IMG/VR virus record: IMGVR_UViG_3300031902_000015
Span: 1 to 44,308 of that record
Source: a virus
Lineage: Duplodnaviria > Caudoviricetes
Direction: 5' to 3' (one strand)
DNA: 44,308 nt
The translations under genes were made by a program, and so were the position numbers. How positions within the stretch are numbered: position 1 is the first letter of the stretch; each line of letters begins with the position of its first letter. Below are positions 1-10,484 of this stretch, one piece after another. The notes under the pieces were generated by a model. It was not told the DNA's origin. It did not search any database and saw nothing but the letters and a program-made list of their open reading frames with translations.

Positions 1-18
1 CGAGCGGGTTCACCCATG

Positions 19-363
19 TCATGCCGTTCTCCCGTCTGGTGAGATCGAGAAGTGATTGCCATCGGGTCGGGTGGTGAAGTCGCCGCCCCATCGGTACATC
101 GGGCCGAGCGACTTCCACCATGCGCCAATGTCGCCGAGCTTTGACCCATCGCTGATGTACCGGCCCGCCTTGAAAAAGTTCAGATCGAGCGCGAGCCGTT
201 GTATGTGCAAGCTGTTCCGGATCCCGGTGCCGTGGAGTTCATCGAGCGCCGCCTGCTCCGGGGTTCGGTACGCCTCGCCGAGCGTGACGCCGTAGCCGAG
301 CTGCGCCGCCTGCAACAGCAGCAGCGCGACCGACTGCGCGAATTCCTCCTGTAGCGCGCTCAC
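19..363 (-). CDS. Endolysin, peptidase M15-like (~114 aa; start trimmed to GTG at 363)
   Basis: Motifs EAYRTPEQ, SLHIQRLALD (SxHxxxxAxD) and WGGDF..DGNHFS; GTGA overlap with the upstream gene; lies after the tail genes. Confidence 0.85.
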   Translation of the reverse strand: MSALQEEFAQSVALLLLQAAQLGYGVTLGEAYRTPEQAALDELHGTGIRNSLHIQRLALDLNFFKAGRYISDGSKLGDIGAWWKSLGPMYRWGGDFTTRPDGNHFSISPDGRTA

Positions 364-752
364 TTCAGTGCTGAAGTCGGGATGTGAGGGAGCAGCGCCA
401 GCACGAATTGCAGCGCCATGACGACGCCGATGCCGACGTACACGAGTTTGCTCAAGCCGCGCACCTGCCCATCGAACGCAATCCGGTCCCGGTCGTAGAT
501 CGCATTTGAGACGAGGCCGGTCTGCTGGACGCGCAGCAGCTCGTGCGCGAGCGTGATGTCTACGAGGCGGCGTTCGGTGTAGGCCGCTTGCAGCGCAAGC
601 GCACGCTGGTCGCTCGCGCGTCGCTCCAGCGCGAGTTCGCCGATGGAGCGGATGTCGTTCTGCAGAACAGCGATTGCGTTTTCCATCGCCATTCCCTTGA
701 TGGTCGTCACGGGCGGCAGAATCGGCACGGTTGCGTCCATGAGATCGTTCAT
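360..752 (-). CDS. Putative holin-like membrane protein
   Basis: Coiled N-terminus plus one C-terminal hydrophobic segment (LVYVGIGVVMALQFVLALL); directly upstream of the endolysin. Confidence 0.5.
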   Translation of the reverse strand: MNDLMDATVPILPPVTTIKGMAMENAIAVLQNDIRSIGELALERRASDQRALALQAAYTERRLVDITLAHELLRVQQTGLVSNAIYDRDRIAFDGQVRGLSKLVYVGIGVVMALQFVLALLPHIPTSALK

Positions 753-973
753 GTCGGCTCCTTCTCGTTGAACATCGCGCGCAGCGCAGCAATCTCATTC
801 TCCAAATCCTGCAGACGTTCTCTGGCCCCTTCGTGCCCTAGCACCATCTCGCGGATCATTCGATGCTGGCGCGCTTCGGCCGCATCAATCAGAAACTTCG
901 ATTGAGCGTGCCGCCATTTGCCCGTGTCTGTCGCCCACGTCAGGTTGTCGGCTGCTGTAGTGTGGTCAGTCAT
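749..973 (-). CDS. Small hypothetical protein (MTDHTTAAD..., 74 aa)
   Basis: ATG at 973 just after the tail fibre stop; ATGA overlap with the next gene. Confidence 0.55.
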   Translation of the reverse strand: MTDHTTAADNLTWATDTGKWRHAQSKFLIDAAEARQHRMIREMVLGHEGARERLQDLENEIAALRAMFNEKEPT

Positions 974-981
974 TGGGCGCC

Positions 982-2124
982 TCAGAGGTTGTCGTCCCAT
1001 CCGTAGCAGCGAAGCTGGTCGGCTGCGTTGTCGGTCGCGTAGTAGATAAAGTTCACACCCCACATCGCGATCTCCACGGGGGTCGCTGAGTAGGCTGTCC
1101 CATTGCTTGTGAACGGCGGCGGGTTCGTCGTGCTGGTGTAGCCGCCGTAATAGTTGGATTCCGCAAGGATCGTGTGCCCGCTACATATAGCGATCAGTTC
1201 AACCGACCGCGCCGTGCTTGGAATGACCGAAGCAAGGGACGTGGCTACCCACGTTGGCGTCGATGCGTTCCCGATCACACCCGAGCAGATTTGCGGTAGC
1301 GCAGTCAAGTTGCTCGCTGAATTGACGATGTACCGGGCCTTCGATCCGGTCCATCGCATTCCAAGTGGGTACTTGTTTGCGGTCGCGTCTGTGCGTAACC
1401 AGCCAATTCTGGCCGAGTGTGTGTATCCCGATGGCAGCGTTGGTGTTGACGCACTAAGTGACGCAAGCGTCGCGACGGTCGTGCCGTTCCAGATCACCCA
1501 CACCGAATACCAAGTCGAAGCGGCTACTGCCGTGGCAGAGTCCTGACCGTTCGCACCAACTGCTGCGGTATTAAGGGAGCAGGAGACGTTTCGCACGGTG
1601 ACGTAATTGTGGGATGCGTCCTCCAGCGATATCTCGTCGCATTGCACAGAAATCGAAGGAGAAGTCCCACCTGCCGTCAATACCAACTTGGTCGCCCCGC
1701 CCCGCACCTGCCCGCCGGTCGAGCCGGTCACATAGCCCGCGTCATTCGTGAATGCCGACACCACGGTCGGACGGCCGGAGATCGAAGTCCATACGAGACT
1801 CGCCGCAGTGAGCGCGTCCGAGATCGCGTAACCGGCGACCGTCGTCGGCTTCGATGTGATCCCCGACCACGGCACGGCCGATGCGGTCGCGGCGTTGCCG
1901 CTGATGCTGATCGCATAGACGGCAGCGAGGTCGCCCCACGCGGCTCCGCTCCACAGTTGCCACTTGGCGAGCGAGGCGTTCCATCGCTGCGTCCCAGTCG
2001 GCTGGTTCGTCAGCGTCACGATGATGGGTTCGTTGCCTACGGCAAGATCGTTCAGGCGCGCGTTGAAGTAGCCCGTGTAGTCGGCATACGGGTCCGTGTT
2101 TATAGGGTGGGACCAGTCAGACAT
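982..2124 (-). CDS. Tail fibre / receptor-binding protein
   Basis: Thr/Ser/Ala-rich, short repeats (WSGITSKPTT, WTSISGRPT), WYSVWVI..LPSGYT motif typical of fibre C-terminal domains; follows the tail tip gene. Confidence 0.75.
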   Translation of the reverse strand: MSDWSHPINTDPYADYTGYFNARLNDLAVGNEPIIVTLTNQPTGTQRWNASLAKWQLWSGAAWGDLAAVYAISISGNAATASAVPWSGITSKPTTVAGYAISDALTAASLVWTSISGRPTVVSAFTNDAGYVTGSTGGQVRGGATKLVLTAGGTSPSISVQCDEISLEDASHNYVTVRNVSCSLNTAAVGANGQDSATAVAASTWYSVWVIWNGTTVATLASLSASTPTLPSGYTHSARIGWLRTDATANKYPLGMRWTGSKARYIVNSASNLTALPQICSGVIGNASTPTWVATSLASVIPSTARSVELIAICSGHTILAESNYYGGYTSTTNPPPFTSNGTAYSATPVEIAMWGVNFIYYATDNAADQLRCYGWDDNL

Positions 2125-2125
2125 A

Positions 2126-5100
2126 TCAGTATCCTTTCGCGGCCCAGTTGACGGTTGCGTTCACGCGCGCACCAGCGGAGTCAAAGACCATCACTTGGAA
2201 TGTGGTCGGGTTCGGCGCACCGTCGAATATGAAGATCGGAGTGAGGCTCGCAGCGCCGCCGCTCGCCGCCTGCCCCGCCGTCAGAGTGATGGAAGTGATG
2301 GCGACGAACGGCATGTTGAAGGTCACATTGGTGCCCGCAGTATCGGCAGCGAGAGCCGCGATGGAACCTCCATCATTCTTGATCTTTGCGTCGAGCCGAA
2401 CCGACAGGTCTGAGATGCGAGCAAGATCGAGCCCGAGATCGCTGTTCGCAGAGAGCCGGATTTTCAGGTAGGCGAAGTTCGTCGCGTATGCGGAGGTGGT
2501 ATCCGACAACGTGTGCCACCCGGTTTCACCGTCCGACCACGAGATCGAACACCGCACCGCGGGGGTGCCGATATCTATCTCCGCCCACGACACCGTGACC
2601 TTCATTGCGGCGAGCATTGCGCCGATGACGATGTATTCCTCATACCAGCCGCTGTGGTCTCCGCTGCTGTCCGCAGGCTGGATGAAGATCGGGAAGCCAG
2701 CGGCAATCTGCGCGTCGGCATTGGCCCACGAATTCGTGTCGAAGTGGTCGGCGTAACTCATCGTGGTATCGACCGGCATCACCAGCCTTCCATCGACATC
2801 TATGATCGCCATTGCCTTTGTGCCAGCGAACGTCGATGCGATCACCCCGTGCAACACATAGTCGGGTGGTTGGTTGACGACCGTTGTTACGCTACCCGGC
2901 GTGCCGTAGTTGCCAGCAATGTCGATGCCGACGACCCAATAGGTGTAGGTGCCAGCGGTCGTTTCAAACACCGAGGTGAACAGTCCCGACTTCGTCCCGA
3001 TCACATGCGCGTCAACGAACATCGCGCCACGGCGAATCTCGTATGTCGCTATCGGCTGGGTTGCCGCAGCGATAGTCCATGACAGCAGGACGTTGTTATC
3101 GACCACCTGCTGGAACACTGTTGGCGCGCTCGGCGCGCTGACCGTCATGGTTACGGAGCAGGCAGCCATCGAGTAGATGCCCGTCTTGTTCAGGGCCTTG
3201 ACCCACCACGTCCACGATCCCGCTCCCTGCGGCGGGACCGCATACGAGGTTGACCGGCTACGCCCGAGATATTCCGCGGTATCCCACGTATCGCCCTGCC
3301 GCACTTCGTACTCGGACAAGTCCGGCGCGCTGACCGCGTTCCACGCAATCTGAATTCCGGCCAGCGTCGGACCTGCAGCAACGCCAGTCACATCCTGCGG
3401 TGCGCCGATGGGCCCGCCGATGGTGAACGCGTACGCCACCGTGTCGCTGATGTCATCGACCCCGCCGCCCCACGTATTGAAGCTCTGCAGCTTGAGGTAG
3501 ACGGTCTTGCCGATGAGGGCGGGATCGTATGCGTACTTGAACAGACCGGCGTCGAGCCTTGCGAACGATGCGCCGCTCGCGTGCGCCTTATTGGGGGTGC
3601 CGTAGATCCCGCGACGGGTGTAGGTCTGGAGCGTGTACCTGCTAAGGGCCGTGAGTGTCGCGGTCGAGTACGCGATCAGCTCGCCGTCCACCCAGCACAG
3701 CGTATTCGCATTGTCGGCATCTGCCGTGCTGCCGGTCGCGAGCCCAGCGCCCGAGATCATCAAATCGACCGGGAAGCTGTGGGATACGTCCGGATCCGTA
3801 CCGGCTGCAACCGAGGCGGTCAGCGAGCCGTAGCGAGCGGGACCGACGATGGTGCCGACTTGCTTGTAGGTCGCGCCGTCGAGCGAGAGCCACACGAGCG
3901 CCCCGCCCCACGGATTGCCGTCGATCCCTGCCGCTGCGATCCATACCTCGTAGCCGGTCTGCGTCATGCGCCCGGCCGCATCGAAGATGACGGGCACTGC
4001 GACCAGACCAGCGGCAATGTTGTAGTTGCCGACAAAGCCGCCGACATCCTGCTCGTTGTAGACCGCGTGCGAGGTGACGTTGCCGACCACGTCCTCGGCT
4101 TCCATGTCGAGCGTGCCGGAGTCGTTCTCCGTAATCGAGGTGATCCGGACAATCTGGTTCTGCAGCCCGCTCTCGGTCGCCTCGGTCAGCGTCACAAGAT
4201 CCATCGGGTCTAGCAGGATGTACCGATAGTTGACCGTGAACTTGTAGGTGTTGCGAATGTAGACCGAGCGCTGCAGCAGCAACTGGGCCGTTGCCCGCGC
4301 GACAAGTGCATCGCAGATCTCCGGGGCGCTAACCATTGGCGCAGGCTGTAATCCGTATGTCTCGATGTGCGCCTGATCCTTCGCCTCCGAAATTGAATCG
4401 GCGTAATCCAACAGACGGTTGCTGTACTGAACCTGAATCGCATTGAACGCCGTGATGGGCGTCGGTCGCTGCACCAGCACCGGATCGGTGGAGCCGTTAT
4501 CGAGAAAATCATCGTCGGTGAGTGAGTAGCGCGGAACGGCGAGAGCGCCGGGCGAGTAGGTGCGCGCGCCGAGCGCGGTGTACCCTTCCGCGAGTGTCAC
4601 GCCGGGGCCGCCCGTGACTTCATCGAGGCCGTATGGCACGAGCGTCAGCACGCCCCCGGACCACACCCACTGGCAATTCGTCAGCATCGCGAGCTGCGTG
4701 AGCATGTCCGCGGCTGGCGTCTGCTCGGTGTAGACCGGCGACAGCCACAAGCCGACGGCCCATAGATAGTTGCCAGTCCCGTCGATGACCCGCTCGGCCG
4801 GAAAGTTCGCACCGAATACTGGATTGGTCAGCAAGTCCTTGGCGATGAAAAACGGGTTGGCGTCATAGATGCCAGTGGCATCTGCGTTTGCGCCGAGGCC
4901 GATCACCTCGTACAGGGCTTGCGTCATCGAGGGGCTGTCGCCCAAGTCGTAGGCGCTGGACGCGACGTTCGCAAGGTACGGGTACGGCAGCGCCTCGCCC
5001 GGGTGCTTGGTCGTCACGTAGGGAAACGCGATCTGCGTGGCAGTGCCGAGCGCTATCGTCAGGTTCAACTGAGACGGCGTGAACTTCGACTGGTTCTGAT

Positions 5101-5461
5101 AGATCGTGCGGATGCCGCTATAACTGTGGGTCGTGGAGCCATAGCCATCCCGATCACCACGGCCGCCGTAGTTCCACTGCTTCTGGTTCCGTTCACTGAA
5201 AGCGCCCAGCGGGCCCTCGCACAACCCGAGGATGGCAGCGGCCTTGTAGGTGTAGCCCGTGACCTGACCGCCGCCACCGCCGCCCTTGCCTGCCTGCTGG
5301 GATTCAACCGGGGTGCTCTTGAAGTCGGAATACCAGATCAGGTTTCCAGCAAGTCGGTTGGTGCCGTAGCAGATCGGAATCGCACGTCCGTAATTCGACG
5401 TTTGGATCTGCATACTCGCCGCCGCCGGGGCGACGTTGCTGACTGATTCCCCGCCACCCAC
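2126..5461 (-). CDS. Tail tip / central fibre protein (GTA-type phage tail protein with FN3-like repeats)
   Basis: N-terminal QTSNYGRAIPICYGTNRLAGNLIWY and AAILGLCEGP; LLDPMDLVTL; RRGIYGT..AHASGASF; C-terminal beta repeats. Confidence 0.85.
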   Translation of the reverse strand: MGGGESVSNVAPAAASMQIQTSNYGRAIPICYGTNRLAGNLIWYSDFKSTPVESQQAGKGGGGGGQVTGYTYKAAAILGLCEGPLGAFSERNQKQWNYGGRGDRDGYGSTTHSYSGIRTIYQNQSKFTPSQLNLTIALGTATQIAFPYVTTKHPGEALPYPYLANVASSAYDLGDSPSMTQALYEVIGLGANADATGIYDANPFFIAKDLLTNPVFGANFPAERVIDGTGNYLWAVGLWLSPVYTEQTPAADMLTQLAMLTNCQWVWSGGVLTLVPYGLDEVTGGPGVTLAEGYTALGARTYSPGALAVPRYSLTDDDFLDNGSTDPVLVQRPTPITAFNAIQVQYSNRLLDYADSISEAKDQAHIETYGLQPAPMVSAPEICDALVARATAQLLLQRSVYIRNTYKFTVNYRYILLDPMDLVTLTEATESGLQNQIVRITSITENDSGTLDMEAEDVVGNVTSHAVYNEQDVGGFVGNYNIAAGLVAVPVIFDAAGRMTQTGYEVWIAAAGIDGNPWGGALVWLSLDGATYKQVGTIVGPARYGSLTASVAAGTDPDVSHSFPVDLMISGAGLATGSTADADNANTLCWVDGELIAYSTATLTALSRYTLQTYTRRGIYGTPNKAHASGASFARLDAGLFKYAYDPALIGKTVYLKLQSFNTWGGGVDDISDTVAYAFTIGGPIGAPQDVTGVAAGPTLAGIQIAWNAVSAPDLSEYEVRQGDTWDTAEYLGRSRSTSYAVPPQGAGSWTWWVKALNKTGIYSMAACSVTMTVSAPSAPTVFQQVVDNNVLLSWTIAAATQPIATYEIRRGAMFVDAHVIGTKSGLFTSVFETTAGTYTYWVVGIDIAGNYGTPGSVTTVVNQPPDYVLHGVIASTFAGTKAMAIIDVDGRLVMPVDTTMSYADHFDTNSWANADAQIAAGFPIFIQPADSSGDHSGWYEEYIVIGAMLAAMKVTVSWAEIDIGTPAVRCSISWSDGETGWHTLSDTTSAYATNFAYLKIRLSANSDLGLDLARISDLSVRLDAKIKNDGGSIAALAADTAGTNVTFNMPFVAITSITLTAGQAASGGAASLTPIFIFDGAPNPTTFQVMVFDSAGARVNATVNWAAKGY

Positions 5462-5462
5462 G

Positions 5463-5888
5463 TCAGACTCCCTTGACGCGGTAGAAGCCCGCCACGCGGT
5501 GCTCGATGGGCGAGCCCTCGACGTTGGTGATGCACACGCATCCCTCGTCCTTGTAGGCGTGGACGATCAGCGGCCACTCGATGACGATGGCTCCGTGCGC
5601 CGCGTGTCGGCCGAACTTGAACATGACGACATCCGCAGGCTGCGGCACATCGACGCGCTCGGCCTTGGACAGCACCATCTTGACGAACCGCGGCTCGTCG
5701 TGATGCTGGAACCAATCAGCCGGGTAGTATTCGGTGTCGAAGTCTTCGATCAGACCGGCCGCCGCGTACACGGCAACGAGGAATTGAGCGCAGTCCACCC
5801 CCGCGCCCTTGACGCGCGCGAGGTGGTGCCACGGCGTGCCAATCCACGAGCGCGCCTCGGCGATCACCTTGTCGGACATCTCAGACAT
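5463..5888 (-). CDS. NlpC/P60 tail-associated peptidase
   Basis: ARSWIGTPWHH..GVDCAQF with later His residues (AHGAI, IVHAY). Confidence 0.9.
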   Translation of the reverse strand: MSEMSDKVIAEARSWIGTPWHHLARVKGAGVDCAQFLVAVYAAAGLIEDFDTEYYPADWFQHHDEPRFVKMVLSKAERVDVPQPADVVMFKFGRHAAHGAIVIEWPLIVHAYKDEGCVCITNVEGSPIEHRVAGFYRVKGV

Positions 5889-6756
5889 TGACGACGCTCG
5901 TTATGGACGGGATATAGGGCTGGCCACGGAAGTGGGCGAGGTTCGAGAACTTGACCTTGCAGGTGTTCTGCGACTTGTCGCAACCCGGGCGCGCGGTGAA
6001 CGCATCGCCGAGGCCCGGCACGTACGGGAATGGCGACATGACCGAAATAGAACCGAGCATGTAGGCGCGGACAGTGCGCGTGAGTCCGGCATTCGGGCCT
6101 GAGGTGAATCTCACGATCCCCTGATCGAACCATCCCTTCGCGTTCCCAAGCGCGACGCTCAGCGTGCTCGCCGTGGATGCCGCGACTATCACCCCCGTCA
6201 CCTCCCACGTTGCTTTAACGAGCGCGCATTGCGCGTCGTATACGGTATTGATGCAGCCGGGCTGGTAGAAGTTGCGCGGTAGCTGCGTCTGCAGTCGCTG
6301 CAACAATGAATTGACGCGCACCGTCGCGCTGGTGCGTCCGGCCTCGATGTCACCGATGTCACCAAGGAACAGGATCACATCGCCGACGCCCGTCGCGTTG
6401 ACCGGCACGCCCGGCGCTGTGAAAAAGATTCGATTGAGCAGGACGCTCGCGCCATCGAACATTCCGCCGCGCAGCGCCGCGAGGAACGGCACACCATTCA
6501 CCAGCAACAAGGTCGACGCTGACATCTGCAAATCGAGCGTGTCTACCTCGACGCCAACAACGGAGCGGGCCTGTGAACGCACAATGATCGGGCCTGCGGC
6601 TGACCAGACGTTCCCGCCGAGCGTGAAGTCCGCCTGCGCGCTCGTCCATCGCAGGACCGTCCCGTCAATGAGCGTGAACGTGTACGCGTCCGCCATCATG
6701 AACTCGCTCGGAAAGGTCGCGAGGTAGTCGCTGATGGATGTTGCTACGACTTTCAC
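5881..6756 (-). CDS. Tail hub protein, BR0599/DUF2163-like
   Basis: QPGC..YDAQC and GCDKSQNTC..KFSNLAHFRGQPYIP cysteine pattern. Confidence 0.85.
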   Translation of the reverse strand: MKVVATSISDYLATFPSEFMMADAYTFTLIDGTVLRWTSAQADFTLGGNVWSAAGPIIVRSQARSVVGVEVDTLDLQMSASTLLLVNGVPFLAALRGGMFDGASVLLNRIFFTAPGVPVNATGVGDVILFLGDIGDIEAGRTSATVRVNSLLQRLQTQLPRNFYQPGCINTVYDAQCALVKATWEVTGVIVAASTASTLSVALGNAKGWFDQGIVRFTSGPNAGLTRTVRAYMLGSISVMSPFPYVPGLGDAFTARPGCDKSQNTCKVKFSNLAHFRGQPYIPSITSVVNV

Positions 6757-7373
6757 AGCACGTTCTGCAGGGAGCCGCGCATGAGCACCTTCTTCACTTC
6801 CCAGAACCCGGACATGATCCCTGTGAATTCAAGCGTGTCGTCGACGAAGCGGCAGCGATAGTAGTAGGCCCCGCTCCACGTCAACAGCGCGTCAATGGCA
6901 GGCGCGGATGCGAAGGTGACGACACCCGTGGCACTCACCGTGTAGTCAGTGGTCACGGTCTTGAGCACGCCGCCGACGTAGATCAGCGGCGCGCCATTGA
7001 GGTTCATCACGGGCTCAACGCCCGAAAAGCCACCCGCCCCAAACGCGCGAGTCAACTGGAAAGCCGTCGAAACACCATCGCCCGCGCCGAACCCTTGCAG
7101 CGTCACCACGCTGTCGGCCGGATCCGTGAACAGGAACGAGTCCCACGAGCCCCCGCGCGCGTTGTAGAAGCCGACGAGCTGAGCGAATTCGTTGCCGCTC
7201 GCGCCGTCCCGCAGGAACTCGTAGACCAGCGTGAAGTCGATCAGCGGATAGAAGCGATAGGTGCCGCGCACTTCGCGGCCGGATACCGACGCATGGGTCT
7301 GCGTCTTCCATACAGGCAGACGGCTGAAGTTGGGAGCGAGGCCCAGAAACGTCGGATAGATGATGTCGCTCAT
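6753..7373 (-). CDS. Distal tail protein, DUF2460-like
   Basis: SVSGREVR, FYNARGG..FLFTDP, GAGDGVSTAFQL and CRF.DD motifs; follows the tape measure gene. Confidence 0.85.
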   Translation of the reverse strand: MSDIIYPTFLGLAPNFSRLPVWKTQTHASVSGREVRGTYRFYPLIDFTLVYEFLRDGASGNEFAQLVGFYNARGGSWDSFLFTDPADSVVTLQGFGAGDGVSTAFQLTRAFGAGGFSGVEPVMNLNGAPLIYVGGVLKTVTTDYTVSATGVVTFASAPAIDALLTWSGAYYYRCRFVDDTLEFTGIMSGFWEVKKVLMRGSLQNVL

Positions 7374-10219
7374 CGGATCGCTCGCGCGAATCCACTCGCC
7401 GCGGCGCCGTTATTCCTGACTGCCTGACGCAGAGCGGGCGCGATAATGTGCGAGTTGCTCTTGAAGAACTTCGCGAAGTCGGCAGTCGATTGCGTGTGGA
7501 CGTGCATGTGCACGGCGCCGCCGCCACCGCTGTCGCCACCACCACCGCCACCACTACCACCGCCCCCCGCTGCCATGCCGCGAATGACATCAGCGTATGC
7601 GGCGGGCAGGATCATCTCGCGCGCGTGGGCCTGCACTATCGGATTCGTGCCGTATGGAATGTCATATCCGCGTTCGGCTATCGCGAACGACTGCGCTGCC
7701 AAAGCCATGGCCGCGCCGAAAGCGGGCGCCCCCATGTCGATTGGCCACGGCGCCGCGGCGAACGAGGCAACGCCAGCCGCTCCGGCCACGCCCGCCGACA
7801 TCGCGATCAAAGCCTGTGACTCAATCGCCTTGGCGGCCACCGTGGCCGTGCTCGCCGCCGTTTCTGCGGTCTCCTCTGCCATCAAGCCGAAGAACACCAA
7901 GATCTTGCGCAGCAGCGTGTGCCCCTTGGTCGCGCTGGTCTTCGCGAGTTCCATCGCGATGTGCCTGACGAGCATCCGGGCGCAGCCCTCGACGAACGAC
8001 GAGATCACCGACGAAAGCACCTGCTGAAACGCCTTCCTCCACGTCATCGTGCCTTGAATCAATCCATTGATGAGGCTCGTGAAGCCGTGCGAGATCGGCG
8101 TCAGGGCGTCCAGCCATTCCTTTCTCGTATCCCGTGAGGCTTTGCCCTGAATCTTCGATGTCTCAAGCGCTGCGAAATTGGCTGCCTTCGCAATATCAGC
8201 AGCGGCCTTCTTCTGCGCGTCCACGTCATTCGCGCGAAGCGCGGCGACGCCCTTGAAGAACGCCGTTTCGGCCGCCAATTTTCGCGCGACGAGGTCGATC
8301 TCGATTCGCAGCATGTCCGCTGCTGAAATGGTCTGGTTGAGTCGCGCCTCGTTGGCCTTCTCGCGGTCGATGGCGATCTCAGCCAACGCTGCCGCGCGGG
8401 CATCCGACAGCGCCCGCTCCTTGCTCTTGCGTTCCTCTTCCGTCGCGTCGGTGTCGAGCTTCATCTCCGATTTGGTGGCGTCGTCTTTGGCCCTGACCTT
8501 ATCCGAGTTGTTCTTGATCTCCGCGGCCTTGTCCTTGACCTGCAGCAGCTCAACCTTCTTGAAGTACGTGTTCTGAATGGCGAGCTTGTCCTCGATCAGC
8601 GCGCGCTCGCGCTCGCGACCCTCAGCAGCACTGATCCGGCCGGTCGCCATGTCGGCTTTGTTCCGCTCCATCGCCACGGAGTTGCCGCTCAGCGCGATGT
8701 CCTCTACCGACTTCGCCTCATCCATCTTGAGCTTGATGATCGCAGCGGAATAGGCGCGCGTTTCGTCGAGCACTCGCTTATGAGCCGCAATGGTCGCAGG
8801 CTTATCCGCGCCCTCGATCCTCTCGATCTCCTTTTCAAGCGCCTTAGCGGCCTCGACGCGCGCAGCGGAGTTGGGCTCGGCATCATCGAATTTCGCTTGC
8901 AGCTTCTGAACGCCCTTGGCCGAGCTGATCGCCTCGTCCTTAGCCTTCTTTTCCTCGGCAGCCTTCGCCTTTTTCGCGGGCTTGTCCTTCACGTCCTGAT
9001 CGAACTTCTCGACATCCTGCTGCTGCTTTGTCTTCGGGGTTGCCATCGCCTCATCGAACGCGTCCTTATTGGCGACCGCTTGATTTACGAGATTGTCGCC
9101 GCCGGTCTTCGCGTCGCTGACCAAACCATCCCATAGCTTTTTGAAGCCGTCCTTAACCGCCGTCCAGCTACCAGAGAAGAGCGAGACGATGGCGCCGCAG
9201 AAGTTCATGATCAGATTCAGCACGAGGTTCAGCGCGTCGCCGATCAGTTGCAGATCTTGTACGACCTGACCGAATAGAACGATGAGCTGACCCTTCAGGA
9301 AATTGCCGAGCTTTTCCCATACGCTCGTGCCAGCACTCGAATCACGCTGCGCCCCGGCCATCTTCTTGATGGCGTCCGCCAGACTCAACATCGAGGGCAC
9401 AGCCTGCGTAACGATATGCGCGGTGACCTTTTCCCACTGCATCCCGAACAGTTGCATCTTCTCGTGGTACTCCGTGAGGATGGCGGTCTCCTGCACGGTC
9501 TGCGCACCGATGGATTCAGCCGCAGCGCCAAGATCCCCGTGCGCCTGCGCTAATTCGCGCACGATGGGAATGTTCTTCATGAAGCGCGCGCCGAGCAGCG
9601 CCGTGATCTTCTCGTTCGAGTTGCTCTCGTCACCGATCAGGGCCAGCAGCTTCACGGCGGTCATGCCCGGCTCGTTGAGCTTATCCATCGTGATGCCGAG
9701 ATCGTTGAACGTGTACGCGAGCGCGCCTCCGTTCGTCTTGGCCTCCGCGGCCTTCATCGTGAGCTGGCCGATCACGGTCGTCAGGCGACCCATCTGGACA
9801 TGGGACTTGACCGCCATGACCTCCATGCCCTGCATCTCATACGTCGTGAGGCCGAACTGCTCGGCGAGACGCGTGACTTCTTCTGCCTTGTCGGCGAGCG
9901 TGCCGACGGCGTTCGCGACCTTCATGATCAGGTCGATCAGCAGCAGGATGCCGGTCGCCTGAAACGCGGTCTGGATCTTGTTCTTGACGTCGTCAAACGC
10001 CTTGCCGAGGTTCACCGTCGAGTCGGCGTGTTGCTTGGATTCCGCAGCGGCCTTCACATGCGAGGCTGAGAGCTGCTCCATCTGCGCAGACAGCTTGGCA
10101 GCCGACTCCTGCATCTTGGTGAAGGCGTTGTCGGTACTGTCGTAGACCTCGACCAACCCGGCTTTCAGGTCGTCGATCTGGGCTACGATTTTGATCGCAA
10201 TGGTGTTGTCGTTAGCCAT
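7370..10219 (-). CDS. Tape measure protein
   Basis: 949 aa helical Ala/Lys/Glu-rich protein; C-terminal AERGYDIP..QAHAREMILPA; position after tail chaperone. Confidence 0.9.
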   Translation of the reverse strand: MANDNTIAIKIVAQIDDLKAGLVEVYDSTDNAFTKMQESAAKLSAQMEQLSASHVKAAAESKQHADSTVNLGKAFDDVKNKIQTAFQATGILLLIDLIMKVANAVGTLADKAEEVTRLAEQFGLTTYEMQGMEVMAVKSHVQMGRLTTVIGQLTMKAAEAKTNGGALAYTFNDLGITMDKLNEPGMTAVKLLALIGDESNSNEKITALLGARFMKNIPIVRELAQAHGDLGAAAESIGAQTVQETAILTEYHEKMQLFGMQWEKVTAHIVTQAVPSMLSLADAIKKMAGAQRDSSAGTSVWEKLGNFLKGQLIVLFGQVVQDLQLIGDALNLVLNLIMNFCGAIVSLFSGSWTAVKDGFKKLWDGLVSDAKTGGDNLVNQAVANKDAFDEAMATPKTKQQQDVEKFDQDVKDKPAKKAKAAEEKKAKDEAISSAKGVQKLQAKFDDAEPNSAARVEAAKALEKEIERIEGADKPATIAAHKRVLDETRAYSAAIIKLKMDEAKSVEDIALSGNSVAMERNKADMATGRISAAEGRERERALIEDKLAIQNTYFKKVELLQVKDKAAEIKNNSDKVRAKDDATKSEMKLDTDATEEERKSKERALSDARAAALAEIAIDREKANEARLNQTISAADMLRIEIDLVARKLAAETAFFKGVAALRANDVDAQKKAAADIAKAANFAALETSKIQGKASRDTRKEWLDALTPISHGFTSLINGLIQGTMTWRKAFQQVLSSVISSFVEGCARMLVRHIAMELAKTSATKGHTLLRKILVFFGLMAEETAETAASTATVAAKAIESQALIAMSAGVAGAAGVASFAAAPWPIDMGAPAFGAAMALAAQSFAIAERGYDIPYGTNPIVQAHAREMILPAAYADVIRGMAAGGGGSGGGGGGDSGGGGAVHMHVHTQSTADFAKFFKSNSHIIAPALRQAVRNNGAAASGFARAIR

Positions 10220-10484
10220 GGGTCCCTAGCGCTGCCATCAGCTCTTCGGCGGATGTGTGCCGCTTGGGCGCGGACAGGGACTCGCGGCCTATCGGTGCCC
10301 CGCCCAGCCCTTCCGCGATTGCTTGAACAACGAACGCCATCGGCGGGTGCTCCTGCCAGAATGACTGCAGCGACCACAACTGCGGCAGCGTCAGCTCCCC
10401 GGTCTCAGCCCAAGTCCACCCTGTCGCGTGGATTACACCAGCGAAGATTCGCCCCCAATCTGGGGGCTCGTAGGGACCGCGGCT
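10212..10484 (-). CDS. Tail assembly chaperone, frameshifted C-terminal (T-like) segment
   Basis: Open -1 frame encoding DWGRIFAGVIHATGWTWAETGELTLPQLWSLQSFWQEHPP...; overlaps the end of the G gene; stop overlaps the tape measure ATG; absent from the ORF track. Confidence 0.75.
   Translation of the reverse strand, partial: SRGPYEPPDWGRIFAGVIHATGWTWAETGELTLPQLWSLQSFWQEHPPMAFVVQAIAEGLGGAPIGRESLSAPKRHTSAEELMAALGTHG

Noticed and set aside
982-5461. Diversity-generating retroelement or invertible tail-fibre system
   Set aside because: No reverse transcriptase, invertase or template/variable repeat pair seen in the window
5463-7373. Gene transfer agent
   Set aside because: The tail tip is GTA-like, but the element has its own repressor switch, replication and recombination genes
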